Assembly (NCBI RefSeq): GCF_009914755.1 | Contig: NC_060929.1 | Origin: the human T2T-CHM13v2.0 reference genome, Homo sapiens | DNA length: 64,000 nucleotides | Strand: one strand, 5' to 3' | Shown: piece by piece, positions 26,780-41,617 of the stretch | How the letters are laid out: the number at the start of each line of letters is the position of its first letter | Position numbering within the stretch: the stretch's first letter is position 1 | Position numbers and translations under genes: made by a program | The notes under the pieces: generated by a model | Seen by the model: the letters and a program-made list of their open reading frames with translations, nothing else | What the model was told of the DNA's origin: nothing | Database searches by the model: none

Positions 26780-29028
26780 TTTTTTTCTTACTAATATCCA
26801 TGGTTTGCAGGTTCTGTTAGGCCCTTTCCTTCTCCTTACTTCTTATCCCCAACTCCCTACCCACCCCTCTTCAGTTTTCAGATTGGAGATTCAAGATTTG
26901 TTCCACTTTACAAGCAAGAGGAAAAAAAAGCAACCTTCAAACTAATTCTCCATGGGGGCTCTCCATGTTACCCTCCACTCCTTGGCCCAAACCTCTGATG
27001 GAGATAGACATTGTTGGAGAAGTGGGCTGCCTTCCCCAAGTGGGGCACTGCTTAAGCACTTATTCAGTGGAGAACACAGGTGAAAAGCAACTCAGGATGA
27101 GGGTGGTGGAGAGGGCAGGGGCAGATGTGCAGTCAGAGAAGGACTCCTGAAGTTACTGCTGCTCAGAAAAACAGTTCCTTTAATGTGGAAGAGCCATTTC
27201 ATAGGTCATAGGTGGTATGGTATATTTCTTCAGAGTCAACCTTGGCCCTGAGAAGTATGTCCTCCTGGTGTGCTCAGGCTCAACGGCAGTCTGGTGGCTG
27301 AAGGCACTTGGCCTCCTAAACCAAGCAGAATTTTGGGAAGAGATAACAGCCAGGGAGATATTGCCCATGATTCTCACTTTTTCTTTGCCTGGCATCTAAG
27401 CAGGAACCCATTGTGGAGTAGACTCTCTTCTTCTATGGAGCCTCTGACATGGGGAGCAATGCTAAGCAAGCTAAGTGTAAAAGAAAAGTGACAGAATAAT
27501 TTTGGAAGAGGAAGCCTCATCAAAAGCTCACACAAAATAGAGCTTCCCATGGTGTGCCCTATCCTAGGTTTAAGAAAACACGTATGAAGTTTATGCTGAT
27601 GCAAAGAACTTGGGTTTTTATGTTAATATAAAGTGTTGTTTTAGCATGTGGCCAGATGATGCTCTGTCATCTTTAGAAAGTGAGATAACCAAGGAAATAA
27701 TTGAAGGAGTATAGGGAGATGGATTAAGTTGATAATGACATTTAGGGCAACTTAAGACCTTTGATCCCAGGTTCTAACTCAAAGAGGCTGACCTTCCCCC
27801 AGCTAAGATAGCATGAGGACGTTGTATTCCAATATATGTATGATTGGGGCTACAAAGCTGAACTAAAGCAAGATTGGTGAAGTGGCAGGGTTTATAGAGA
27901 GAAGCCCAGGCTGAGTTCAGCTTTTGTTGGAAGTGAGAATCCCTGACATATAGCTTTCTTGGAGATCCCAACTCTCATTCTTGGTGCAACTGGCTTCCAG
28001 CTCTCCAGCAGTCACTCTCCTAGGTGCATGATTCAGTGCGTGCCATGTGTCATTAGCTTTTACTGATAACCATATTCTGGCTTGTTCCCTTACCCCCTAC
28101 TTCTATCCAATTTTCTCTGCTAGGGGTTATCATTAGCAATTGACATGCTAAAGGTTTTGGAGCCCACCTAGGGGTAGGTGCAGCTTTATTGGCTTTTCTG
28201 TGGATTCTCTCAGTGGACCCACACCATCTCTATGTCTCTCCACTCTCCTGCCTTCAGCCATAGCAAAGAATCCTTCCAAAATCAAACTCTTCACTTTTTT
28301 GACTCAAGTGTTGTTGTTCAGTCTCTCGCGTGTCAATGTGGTCATGGTTCATGAAACCGGACCCTCAAGATGGATGATTGCTTTTAACTACTGCCAGCTG
28401 ATGTCTCTCAGCCCCTGCCCTCATACAAGATTTTTCTCAGCCTTCAGCCTACCACTGCAGAATCCGATGTGACCCACCATTAGGGAGTCTGCATCTTGGA
28501 AGAGTTGGAAATAACCCTTTAACATCAACATGCTTCAAAGACTTTTTGCCTTTGGCCTAGTAAGATGCCTCTCCAGCTACTGAGCCCACAAGTAACATGA
28601 GCGGATAAAAAGAGACTTGTTTGTGCTAGAAATGAGGGTCTATGCTATGAGGGGGTCCAAGACTCTGGCGAAATGTGCTTTTTCATCAATGGAGAAATGA
28701 AAGGAAAACACAAGCAAGAAAAAAGTTAACTTGTATTATGTATTTTTACTACACTTTTCTTAAAAATAGAGCATTGGGAAAACTCTGAAAGAGACTGACA
28801 TTTTTCTCAACAGGAATCCATACTTAACAGTTCTGGCTTTCATTAAATTTTGCTCTTTGGTACCTGGGCCTTTTATTTAACATCTATATTTGTTTTAACT
28901 CTCTTGGCAGATGTGTGAAAGGATTCTTGCTTGATCAAACACTAAGTATTTTTTTGGTTCTTGTTTTTCTTTCAAATAGCCAGGTTTTTTTCTTTTGGTA
29001 TTTGCATAAAATGAAAATATCACCGAAT

Positions 29029-29034
29029 ATTAAA
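29029..29034 (+). terminator. Polyadenylation signal ATTAAA (probable main GRIA1 PAS)
   Basis: Variant hexamer ATTAAA; U-rich upstream; downstream tctacttttcatatttgtccattccatttttgtgcc. Confidence 0.7.
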
Positions 29035-30981
29035 TCACTGTGGATCCATTATCTACTTTTCATATTTGTCCATTCCATTTTTGTGCCATTTCTGAAGCCG
29101 GGGCTCTAGAGATTATTTCCTTATGGCAGAGCCTAAGACTAGTAGGTTTTTAACTGTGACCACTGTTTCTAACTCACAAACAGCTCTCGAGTCATTTCAG
29201 CTGAACTAGAACATTGTGAGTTATTCATCCAAATAGGATAACCACAACAATTACAAAAGACAAACGGTGGTATTTGGCTTCCAGGAGCTACAATTCCAAT
29301 TGCATAAAAACCAGGGCTTGACTTGCAGCCATCACAGTACCTCTAGGGAACTGGATAGTTCACATGGAATGTCTCCCAGACATCCCCAAACTGGAGAGGT
29401 ATAGCTGTGATGTGCACGAAGTCACAGCCAGAACCAAATCTAGACCATGCTTATAAGTCTGGATTATCTAGAGGATAATTTTGGTCCTCAGACACCACAA
29501 CTTTCATTCTTGCCTAGAAGCTTTTTTTTCCCCCTTAAGCAAAATGGCTTTCTGTAAAGGATCTGACATTTGTTGATACTTAGATATCAATGATTAAGAA
29601 CAGCTTCAAGTGTTTTCTTTCCCAAGGAACACTGCATATTAACAAGGACCAGAGGTCTAGAATAAATGAACAGGGAAGTTCAAACAGTAGCATGGACAAT
29701 AACTACTACAATAGAAAAGGGTTGGGAGAAAGAAGAGAAACTGGCAGGCTTGTGTAAAACCACAGTCATTGTTTGCATACACCTTGCAGCATCTAGGGTA
29801 CCTCTGAGTGAGGAAGCACTTAACACCAGCTGACTGCAGAGAAAGACGATTTCTGCTGCCTTACTGTCAAATAGCTTGGACAATGGTCATAATGGCTATC
29901 ATAGCACAGGCTGCCATGTATTGAGCACTTGCTATGTTAAGCACACCTCATACCTTCTATATCATGAAAAAGGCCCTCAAAGTAGGGCCTTTCAGATGAG
30001 GAATCTGAAACTTAAAGAAATTACATAACTTGCTCACAATCCTGTAAGTGACAGCACCAGGATTTGAACTAAGTCTGTCTAAATCCAAGGCTTTACAACC
30101 CTAACTACCCACGTCACTGTTAACCAGGTCATGATGAACGATGGCCAGGAAATACCAAGTGAGTTCTCTACCTACCTGTTATGCCAAAGTAACTGAAAAT
30201 GGAATGGTGAAAGCCACACCTGCTACTCTTTTTGGAAAGCCACTCCATGCTCAGGGCATGGAGAGATCATTAATCTAGACAGGATTGCAAAAAGAAAAGA
30301 GGAGGGAAGAGTGCATTTGTAGCAGCTTTACAATGGATCTAGGCTCAGGAGTAGCAAGCAGGTAAGGGAGGGTACTAAAAACCAGGTTCCATTAGCAATG
30401 GTTGATCCAGCCTGGAAGAGGGTCCCCAGAGCCTTCATGAGGAAAACGGAGATAACTTTTTCTGTTTGGTCAAGTTCAGGATCAGTTCTGGTCATGACAA
30501 GGGCATTGGACTTAGGTTCAACTAGTGGTCAAAGTAACTCCATAGTAAAATTAGGTTAACACTGGACTTAGAACAGCACCCCCCTGTCAGAGAGATGCTA
30601 CAGGTGTGAACGTTGAAACGCATATTCTCTGATTTTTCTTCCATTCCAGATCCTTAGAGTTCACTATTAACTTGATGTCCTCTGTGTGCCCAGGAGAGGG
30701 GAAGAGGGAGGAAGGAAGTCAAGATCACCAAGACTTTTTCTTGAATCTTTTATATCCCTATTCTTTAGCTCATCTGGTCATTTACACCCTGATGGGCACT
30801 GAGATGGAGTCAGCAAGGCCCTGCAGAGCGGGCATGGATGTCTTTCACTGAAATAAAGTAAAAAAATCAACCTATCTTGAATAAGAGACAAAATAGCAAG
30901 TTTGTTCCATAACAAATGCTTATGTGCTATTTAAGAAGGAATTTCTATGGGGGTAAAGGTAAAAAAAATAGTGAGGTTCTT

Positions 30982-31435
<454 letters not shown>

Positions 31436-31472
31436 TCAGTCTTATTTTACTCATCAAAGAAATGGGACAAAG

Positions 31473-31651
31473 GCAATGATTCTCAACCCTGCTTGCACAT
31501 TAGAATAAACTAGGGAAGTTTAAAAAAATCACCAATGTCCAAGACACATCTCCAGATTTAGTCGGTCTGAGATGAAGCGCAGGCATAGTAGGTTTTTTAA
31601 AATAATAATTATTATTGTTTGCTTTGAACTCCCAAGTGATTACAATGTGCA
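31473..31651. mobile_element. MER5A-like hAT-Charlie element
   Basis: caatgattctcaaccctg...cacattagaat...ctcccaagtgattacaatgtgcagccaaagttgggaactact. Confidence 0.75.
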
Positions 31652-32859
31652 GCCAAAGTTGGGAACTACTACAATCTGGCCATCCTGGGGATCAAAGAAA
31701 GCATTCATGAAAACTTCTTTGAAAATTATGAAGTGCTGTATTAGGAGTATTTGTCAGTGGCCAGACCAATCACAGAGCCCGGGTCACCTGATAGTAGTTC
31801 ACTTTTTCAGTATGGTTTCTCCTTTCTGTTGCTCTGGGCACATTCTGACTTGTAAGAATGTCTATGGGCCAAGGGAACTGGGTTTCTTGTGAAAGCCAGA
31901 GGCCAGTATTGCACCTGTGAACAGTATCTCCTCTATCTAGGAGTCCCAGTGAGTAAGAGCCTAGACTGGGCAAGATAGCCCCAGATATCAAATCTCCATA
32001 GTCCCAAAGAGGAAAATGTCATTATATTTATCTGATATCAGAGGAGGAAAAGACAGAGTCCCCAACTTGAGCTCTACATGCTCTTTTACCCTTTAGGCAT
32101 ATTTGTAATAACGTAACATTCTGCTGGGCATAAGAAGAGACACAAGACATTAGAGATAAGATAATCATCACAGAGGTCCCTCCTCAGGAAAGGGGAAAAA
32201 ACAACTTTGTCAAATGAGTCAGCCTTCAACATGGTCAGTTATTTTCCAAACCGGAAAACTACTTGGCTGTTTCCATTATAGACACCAGATCACACCACCT
32301 GCATTTTTAACAAAGTCCACTGGAAGGCACTGCCCATCAACTGCATCTTCCTGGGCACACTGAGTCCTCTGGTGACTCTAACTCTTAAGTCCTCTTCCTC
32401 AATGCTATTTGCCATTTTTATAGCACATCAAGGAATGGGAACCAGCATTTGCTCAGCACTAACTGCATACCAGGCAGGAAGCTAGGGTTTCCAAGTACAT
32501 CTTTTTGTCTTCAAAACAATCCTGTGAGATGGGGATTTATCACCATCATAAGAGGAAATGGAAGCTTAGAACCCAAAGTCATGCAGCCAACCAATGGCTT
32601 GGCCTAGATTCTAATCCAAGTCTGTCTCCAAAGTTACATGTAGCATTTCCACTTTACTTGACCACCTCTTGGGGAGATTTCACTGTGCTAAGGAAAGCAG
32701 CAAACAGAGATTTTAAAGACATGAAGTCTATTGCCTGCATTACTATCAATATGCTGTAAAGGCCCTGGGCAACTCATTTCACTACTTTTGGCTTCAGTGT
32801 CCTAGTCTGTGAAACGAAGGGAAGAAGATAAACCTAACAATATCTAAGATCCTGTTTTT

Positions 32860-33077
32860 CAGTAATTCTCAACCACGGGCGCTTTTGTCCCCAGGAGACA
32901 TTTAGCAATATCTGGAGACATTTTGGGTTATCAAAACTGGGGAATGGAGTTGCAACTGGCATTTAGTGGATAGAGACCAGGGGTGCTGCTAAATAGCCTA
33001 CAATGCACGGGGAAGCCCCACAAAACAAAGAACTATGCAGCTCAAGGTGTCAATAGTGCCAAGGCTGAGAAATCGTG
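32860..33077. mobile_element. MER20 hAT-Charlie element
   Basis: cagtaattctcaacc...gacatttagcaatatctggagacatttt...gtcaatagtgccaaggctgagaaa matches the recalled MER20 consensus. Confidence 0.82.
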
Positions 33078-34867
33078 TCTTATGTAATTATAGCATCCCA
33101 GTAGCATGTTGGGATGTGGACGATGACCAGATAAGGCTGAATAGGAGCAGGATGAAGATCTTAAATCAGGTAAACCTTCAGAGAAGATGAACACTTAACA
33201 TGAATTTAGGCAAGTAAGAAGTTGAGTTTAGCGAAGGAAGCTGCAGTCAGAAGAGTTCGGCCCTATACGTAGACAGGCTAGAGAAGCCAAGGTCAGAGGT
33301 TCAATCAGGCAATCAGACAGACCTAACAACGTGGCTCAAGAGAGAGCAGGGGACTTTGCCTGCAAATGTGGTTTATGCTCTTCCCAGTCTCCCAGCTCTT
33401 TTTGCCAGGTGCCTCTGCAGCCAGAACAAGTTTAGAGACTTATCGGTGAGCCCTCCCTTCCCCCAAGAGACTGAATAAGCTTCACTTTTACTTTTATCCC
33501 AGAATAATATACATGCATCCTTCTAACAAACATAGGTAATGAGCACCCATGTCCACAAGTAGATGTCATGGAGAATGAGACAAATAAGTGATAGACCTGT
33601 CCCTTGGAAAGTTGACAGTCAGGAAGGAAAAATGAGACACGTAAGCACCACTAAGTAAAACACAAGTTTCGACCTGGTACATGCCAGATGGGAATAAAGG
33701 CAAAGTGCCTGGGTCATCTTCCAAATGCCATCATCCTCTTGTGTCCAGTCTCTGAAGAAGGTCCTCTGACCTTGGATTACATGACCATCTATACCCCTCT
33801 TCCCTTGATCTCTGTTTTTTAGCTACTCCAGCTTCTGTCCGGTTCCTCAAACATGCCAAGAACAGTCCCACTTCAGCACTTTTTGCTGTTTTCTCAGCTT
33901 GAAACCCCCTTCACCTAGATCTTTGTGAGGCTGGCTCCCCATCCATCCACATGGTAATGCAAAATGTCATCTCCTCAGATGGCATTTCCTGTCCACCCTA
34001 TCTAAACTGGCTCTAAGGTTACTCACTCTTGCATTACTCATCGCCACCTAATAATATCTTGTTTACTTGCTTATTGTTCTCTTCCCTGCCTGCATCTAGA
34101 ATAAGTATTCCCAAGAAGAGGGACCTTCTCTGCCCAGCACAATGTCTGGCATGTAATAATTCCTCAATCAGTATTCACTGAATGACATAATGAATGAGAG
34201 AGGTAGAGCTGAAATGCTAAGGCATCGAGACGGAAATAGGCAAGGTTTCTTTGGGAAAGTGTGACTACTAAATGTAGCTGGCACCACATTGCCAAGGAGA
34301 GCAATAAAAGAGAAGGATGGACTGGACATGGGGAGCTGATGCTTAATTCGTCATGAAATAAGGAGTTGTTGAAGTTTCTGGAGCTGAAAAAGAAATTCAT
34401 GTACGTATCAGGTATTAAGCTTAGCAAGAAACTAGCACAGTGTAGGCATCTATTATGTGCCAGGTACTGTGCAAGGCACTCCACCTTTCCTCTCATTTAA
34501 CCCTCATGGCAGCAACTCTATGAGTCAGGATCACCATCCTAATTCTATATGTGTGCAAACTGAGGCTCAGAAGTAGAAGCAGAACTTTAGCCACCTAGAT
34601 TTTATGTAATTCCTACAACACAGGAACTCACATAACAGATTACTAGAAGCCATCTGTCCACTTGATAGTTTCCAGTAAAAAGCCCCAGAAGGATACTACC
34701 AGAAGGGGGAAGACCTGCCACCTGTGGATGGCACTGCTTGATTATGTAAGAAAGTCACCAGACAAGGAGTCAGTAACAACCAGGGCCCCAGTGGGTGTTG
34801 CACTAACAAAGGCACTGTGTTGAGGAGGATTCTGAGCCCAGTCTATACTCAATAAAAGGGAACGGTG

Positions 34868-35235
<368 letters not shown>

Positions 35236-36249
35236 TCATTGGTATAGCAGAACATTCTCCTCAATTCCAGAATAATTGTAGGCTTTTTGGCCCATGGGAA
35301 ATGTTGACAATAATATATCATATGTACCACATGGTAGGGTCTCCTTTAGTGCTTGTAAGGGCTCTACATGTAAGTGTTTGGACTATTACCACAGTAAGGC
35401 TGTCGTTACAAACCAACAAAGAAAACAGCACACACAATCAGTCCATAAATACCAAGCCATGGGAACTATGTGGTAAAATAATTAATAGCTATAAACATTA
35501 CCACTGCTATTTGTTGAACATCTACACTGCGCTGGGCATTTTACATACATGGTCTGACTTCATGCTCACAATATATTTGGAAAGAGATAGTAGCATTTCG
35601 ACTGGATAAATGTTTTAAATAAATGAACGAAGACTCAGAAAAGTCTTTAAGAGTTGAATGGGATGTTAGAAATGATCTAATCATTATTTTATCCAACTAT
35701 ATTTTATAATATAATAAATGAACTTGAAACCTTAGAGAATGAGTGACTTGCCTAGGGTCACATAAGTTCCTAGTGAGACTAGCTAGAAGCTAGCTCTCCT
35801 GGCTCAAAGTCCAGGGTACTCTGCATGTAAGAAAGAGGTTTTCTCACATTTAAACAATCCTAAAACTCAACATCTGGCTTTTCTTCCTACTTTTGTAGAG
35901 TTACTTGAGGGTATCTAGATAAACTGGGCCATGATCTAAGGAAGGTGTTTTAGAGAGAGGCTGCTGAAAGCTGTAACTAAGACTAGACTGAAATCTCAAT
36001 AGAGTAGGGAAATGCCTAGCTAGTGGGACTTCAGGATCATGACCAAATTTCTCCCAACCAAAAACATTTCCTTAATGTTTACTGTATCCCCCCAAATTCC
36101 TTATCCAAGACAAAGCCTTTTATTCCACAAAGTTTGTTAAGTTTCTTTGTAAATGCACTTGGTATGCAAAAATATCTGGCAAAGTCAAACTTGCCCTATA
36201 TACCTGTTACAAGGTGTTTTCTTAATAATAGCTTTTAATAGAAATTATA

Positions 36250-36648
<399 letters not shown>

Positions 36649-37258
36649 TTACAGTTGGGAAGCCTTTGTTTTAGTGTGTACACCTAAAAAATAGTCATGA
36701 AAGACAGCAAAAGTGGCTATTCAGCAGAGAAGCCTGATACTCTGAATGTATCTAGAGTTTGAAGCGGAAGATTAGGTAGTTATCTAAATGATTCCAGGAG
36801 TAAGAAGTGATTTTATTAAACTGATATTTATATAAATATGCTAGAAAAATAAAATAACTCCTTATCCTTTTCTCCATCTTGCTTTGAAACCTGATCAGAA
36901 AAAAAATCATTTTGATTTTTCTTTAAAAAAAATGCATTGTGACTTGGAGATCTTGTCTTCATATACAAACTCATTTAGGAAAGAAAGAAAAAGATGCTAT
37001 TAATTCAATTTGATTGAGTAATCAGCTTAATGAACTGGTTAGACCCCATTTAGTAATGATATAGAAACTAGCTTCTCGGGCATTGGAAAACCATTAGGAA
37101 AAAAAAAACAGTATAATACTGGTAGTAGATATCTGTGGATTTTGGCAACAGGGCATTCCTCCCTTTGGGAAGGAGCTCAAATCATGTGATCCTGTTTGTA
37201 CTGCCAGTCTTAGCACCCTGCCCCACCCACACCTCTGGCCCAGGCAACTATAGTCGCT

Positions 37259-37392
37259 TTTTGCACTGGCCACAGTGACTGGGCTAGATATGATCATATG
37301 GCCCAAGTTGGGCCAATTAGGATCCTTTTGCACTGGCCTAAATGATTGAGCTACATATGATCATATGGCCCTATTTGGGCCAATTAGAATCC
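37259..37392. repeat. Diverged 67-bp tandem duplication with internal palindromes
   Basis: ttttgcactggcc...atatgatcatatggccc...ttgggccaattag.atcc occurs at 37259-37325 and 37326-37392. Confidence 0.8.
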
Positions 37393-38937
37393 GTCTCCAG
37401 GATTTTTAAATCTGGAGATCAAATGAGAGGGAGGTCTTACTTTTGAATCCAAGCAAAAAGTATCCAAGGGTATCTTCTAAATCATGTAGAGAAAGCCTCT
37501 CTACAGTAAGAAAGAGCAAAGATAACTTATCCAAAATTCATAACGGTGGGAAAAAGTCCTGATGGCATGTGAGTCTCTGGACCCGATTTTCCAGAGGTCG
37601 GCCCCCTTAACCAGATTTCCCAGGGACATGAACTAATCGATTGTTTATTCTGCCTAGTTGCTTTGAGTTAGATTTCCATCTCAAATAACCAAAGGAATTC
37701 TGATCCATCAATCAGTGACAAGCCATAAACCGTATAACTAAGAAAAAGGAAGTCAGCGTTTGAGATACAACCAGTTGCTTCCATAGTTAGCAACTGGTTT
37801 CAAACGAGTTTGATCGGATTCAAACTTTTCATGTCCAGATCCATGTTAGTGTATTGAGGCTCCAATGTCACCATCCTGACTCCTGTCAGCCTCCATTTTC
37901 TCCTCTGCTGTCAGAGGAAAGAATCCCCTCCTAGGGGCTGGAGCAGGGGCTGTGAGTGTTAACTCATAAATAATTGAAAGCTCTCTGAAAAAGATTTGGT
38001 GTTAAGGATGCAATAAATAAGTCCTCAAAGGGGTGCCTTTCTGTCCATAAAATTTTATTTTCTTCATCCTTTGGAAAATAGTCTATTAGCAGAGAGCTTC
38101 TCCCTACTCTCACTTTTCTCTCTCCCTTTGAATCATTTCAGGGAGAGAAGGGGAGTTTTTATTGTTCATGTTTACTTTTTTTCTTTAGCAGAGACTGGAC
38201 ACCTACAGTTGGCTATCAACTTTGCATTAACTGTGTTTCCACTGTTGTTAAAAAACACACTAAATGCATACATTCCATGAGGACTTGAGGGAGGTTGCAT
38301 AGACAAATGAGAGTGTATAAACAGAAAAATGACAGACGCAAATTATACTAATACACAGGCCAGCAAGGCCAACGTGCAGTTTAGTACTTTAAAAAGCCCC
38401 TGAAAAATCTGTACCATGTGTTGACTCATACACAAAATTCCACTCACTACATTTGATTCTTTTACTTAGAGTGATGATTGCTCTGGAATAATCATCTTTC
38501 ACATTGCCACAGAATTCCATAGCCATAAAACTTTTTCATAACTGTCATCTGTCTTGGTCCACAGCAATGTTCTGAATATGGATGGAGTAGAGATTATTCT
38601 TCCTATTTTATAAATTAAAAACCTGAAGTTTAGAGAGATCAAGAGACTTGTTCAAAGTCACACAAGCAAAAGTGGATAAGCTGGAGCTAAAATATGAACA
38701 TCCCAACTCATGATGGTCTCTACACTCTGCCAAATGAGAATGACAGACAGTTGCTGGGGATGTGATTGATATCCCTTACGTGGAGGAAAAGAGTAAAAAC
38801 ATGCATCAGTTAACTTGAAGATGTAATTGGCCAAGAGCTGTCCCTACATATAAAAAAGTGAAGAGAAGGAAACTAATATTGGTTGCAGGTAGAACCGAAT
38901 TGAAGGATGATCTGACAGGACAGATGTTCTTGTTCCA

Positions 38938-39007
38938 TCACTAGAAATTTAGGGAGGTGTGGAAAATTCTGTTCACTAGAAATTTAAGGAGGTGGGGAAA
39001 ATTCTGT
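38938..39007. repeat. 35-bp tandem duplication (2 mismatches)
   Basis: tcactagaaattta(g/a)ggaggtg(t/g)ggaaaattctgt twice. Confidence 0.85.
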
Positions 39008-39496
39008 TCAACAGAATGCCTCAAGGAGAGCCCTCCAGGTGACTGCAGTGAATGTCTTCTAAGGAGTTACCAAGAACCCTTGAATTTCTCTGAAGGACAT
39101 GCAAAGAGAGATGGTGCTGCCATTTCCCCTAATTGTGTATTATCTGTCCTCTGTATAATAATAAATATACTTAAAGAATATTAATCAGAAAAATTCCAGA
39201 TGATACAGCTGCTGGGGCACCAAGAGGTCACAATCAGGTACAGGTGAATTTCTATAAGCCAGGCCCTGTGCCTGATGGCATGATATGCTCTCTCTTTTAA
39301 TGTCCATAAGAATGGTCTGTGAGGCAGGCACTGTTATCTGCATTTTCACTTGTGATGCTCAGAAAGGTTAACTTGCCCAATGTCACAGAACTGTCAATTG
39401 GTAGAGTCAGGTTTAGATTTCAAAGTTATCTATCTCTGGACTTTCCCAGCCTGGCAGAAAGGTAAATGCTGAATCTTCGTTAATAGTCCAGAATGA

Positions 39497-39671
39497 AGCA
39501 GGGCATGGTGGTATGCACCTACAGTCCCAGATACCTGGGAGGCTAAGACAGGAGAATTGCTTGAGACCAAGAGTTCCAGGCTGTAGTGCAATATGATTGT
39601 GCCTGTGAATAGCCATGGCACTCCAGCCTGGGCAACACATAGTGAGACCTCCATCTCCAGAAAACAAAAAA
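39497..39671 (+). mobile_element. FAM (fossil Alu monomer, 7SL-derived) inside a MIR
   Basis: Monomer retaining the 7SL-type segment aggctgtagtgc...gcctgtgaatagcca..gcactccagcctgggcaac. Confidence 0.8.
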
Positions 39672-40803
39672 CTCTAGAATAATGACCTTGTAAACTAACT
39701 CATGGTCCATTTTTCAAAAATATGGATTTACAATAAAAACCAGTTATTTATCTTCATTTTTCTCCCATACCCACTGAAGAGAGAGCTGCAGCAAGGCCAG
39801 TTTGCAAAATATTTTCTGCACATCTAGCCTCATTCTAGTCTCACAATAACTTTATGAGGGCAAAGGGTGGGCACCAACATCCCCATTTTACAGATGAGGA
39901 AACACAGGCTCGGAGGGATTTAATGGGTTGCCCAAGGCCAACCCAGAACTTTTAACTACAGCTCCAGAAATCTTCCCACTCCACTCTCTCACCAAGCCCA
40001 GCACATATTCAGTACTCAATAAATTAATGAATTAATAGTAGATGACTTAATGCAAGGACTATATCTCAGAAGGATTGTGCTTTCAAATTCTCTACATGTA
40101 GCGCTTTCCTTGCTGCAGAAAACGAAGACTCATTAAATGGTCAAATCTGCAGAAGCCCTTCCCCCTATTCCCCTGAGAGAGGTGTCAGCAGTGCCATTTC
40201 CTTTCAACTTGGCCTTCCCCACCCCCACAGAGTGTGATCAGCCCACCTGCAGGCGCGTTCATTTGCTCTTTTCTCATCTATCCTACAGCTTTCTCCTGTC
40301 CCACTGGCTAGCACACTGCCGAAGCTCACACTTTCCCTTGCCCCCTGCCTCTCTGGCAGCAGCATGAGTCATCTCTGCCCATCCCTCTCTCAATCCAGCC
40401 CAGTAGGACCGACAGTGGCAAGAAGCATATGTGGAATTCAAGCCAGAAGATCACAGGAGACTTGCTGCCCCAACCCCACAGAAATGACTTCCTGCTGCAC
40501 TAATCTTATTATGAACGTGAAGCCATGCCTGTGCCAGGGAGGGAAAGGTGAAGAGAGACCGCATATGCCCAGGATTTAGGATTACCATTTTCTTCATCTT
40601 GGGTTAATCATACACAAGTTCCCAGAATCTTGAACTCTCACAATTACAACAGCTGGAGGGTCACTATCTTAACATGCCTCTTGCTTGCATTCTTCCAGGA
40701 ACATGCATACTCACCAACCTCCTTCAGGTAACTGGGTTCACATATAGCCTGCTCAGACTTTTTTAAGATAAACATCTCCACAATGTTCAGTAATACCTTG
40801 TGT

Positions 40804-40945
40804 AGCCAGGTATGGTGGTTCGCATCTGTAATTCCAGCTACTCAAGAGGCTGAGGAAAGAGGATCACTTGAGCCCAGGAGTTCAAGACCAGAACTGAGCC
40901 ACCCCCATCTCTAAAAAAATAACAAGACCCCATCTCTAAAAAATT
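40804..40945 (+). mobile_element. FLAM_A-like Alu monomer with duplicated 3' end
   Basis: agccaggtatggtgg...cagctactcaagaggctgagg...gagcccaggagttcaagacc; ccccatctctaaaaaa occurs twice. Confidence 0.72.
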
Positions 40946-41325
40946 TTTTAATAGTAGTAATACATCATGTGACATGATTTCCTCATTCTCCAGGGTCATG
41001 TTAAGGGTCAGCTAAGGCTATATGTGTGTATGTATGTATGTCTCTGTATTGTACAGGCAAGAATATTTGTAATCTGCAGCATGCTATACTGGTTGTAAGG
41101 TAGCATTATTGTTATTATTATTTCCATAGTTTGGGTTCCTCCTCTGCATTCTAGTGATGCTTCAGTTTGTCACTTTACCCCAAGGTAACCCCCAGATATC
41201 TCAACATCACCAACTCCCTCATCTTCAAAAAGAGAAAGAAGACAGCAGCTCATATTTAATGAGCACAGTGTTAATTAAGCACTTTGTATCACTATGGCAT
41301 TTGATCCTCTTAAGAACCCTGTGCT

Positions 41326-41617
41326 GGCCGGGCACAGTGGCTCACGCCTGTAGTCCCAGCACTTTGGGAGGCCAAGATGGGCGGATCACGAGGTCTAGAG
41401 ATCAAGACCATCCTGGCTAAGACGGTGAAACCCCATCTCTACTAAAAATACAAAAAATTAGCCGGGCATGGTGGTGGGCGCCTATAGTCCCAGCTACTCA
41501 GGAGGCTGAGGCAGAGAATGGCGTGAAGGTGGAGCTTGCAGTGAGCCACGATCGCACCACTGCACTCCAGCCTGTGTGATAGAATGAGACTCTGTGTCAA
41601 AAAAAAAAAAAAAAAAA
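41326..41617 (+). mobile_element. AluY-like SINE with short internal deletion, inserted in a MIR
   Basis: ggccgggcacagtgg...gaatggcgtgaa^ggtggagcttgcag; 20-nt A tail; MIR core (ttacagatgaagaaactaagg) resumes after it. Confidence 0.9.

Larger units (their letters stand above)
26408..29051 (+). other. GRIA1: GRIA1 3' UTR (~2.6 kb; 3' end inferred)
   Basis: Follows the stop codon, contains no Alu/L1, becomes U-rich distally, and ends ~15-20 nt after ATTAAA at 29029-29034 with a U/GU-rich downstream element. Confidence 0.8.

Noticed and set aside
39497-39671. 7SL RNA gene
   Set aside because: Only ~170 bp, diverged, lacks most of the S domain and has an A-rich tail; fits a FAM retroposon.
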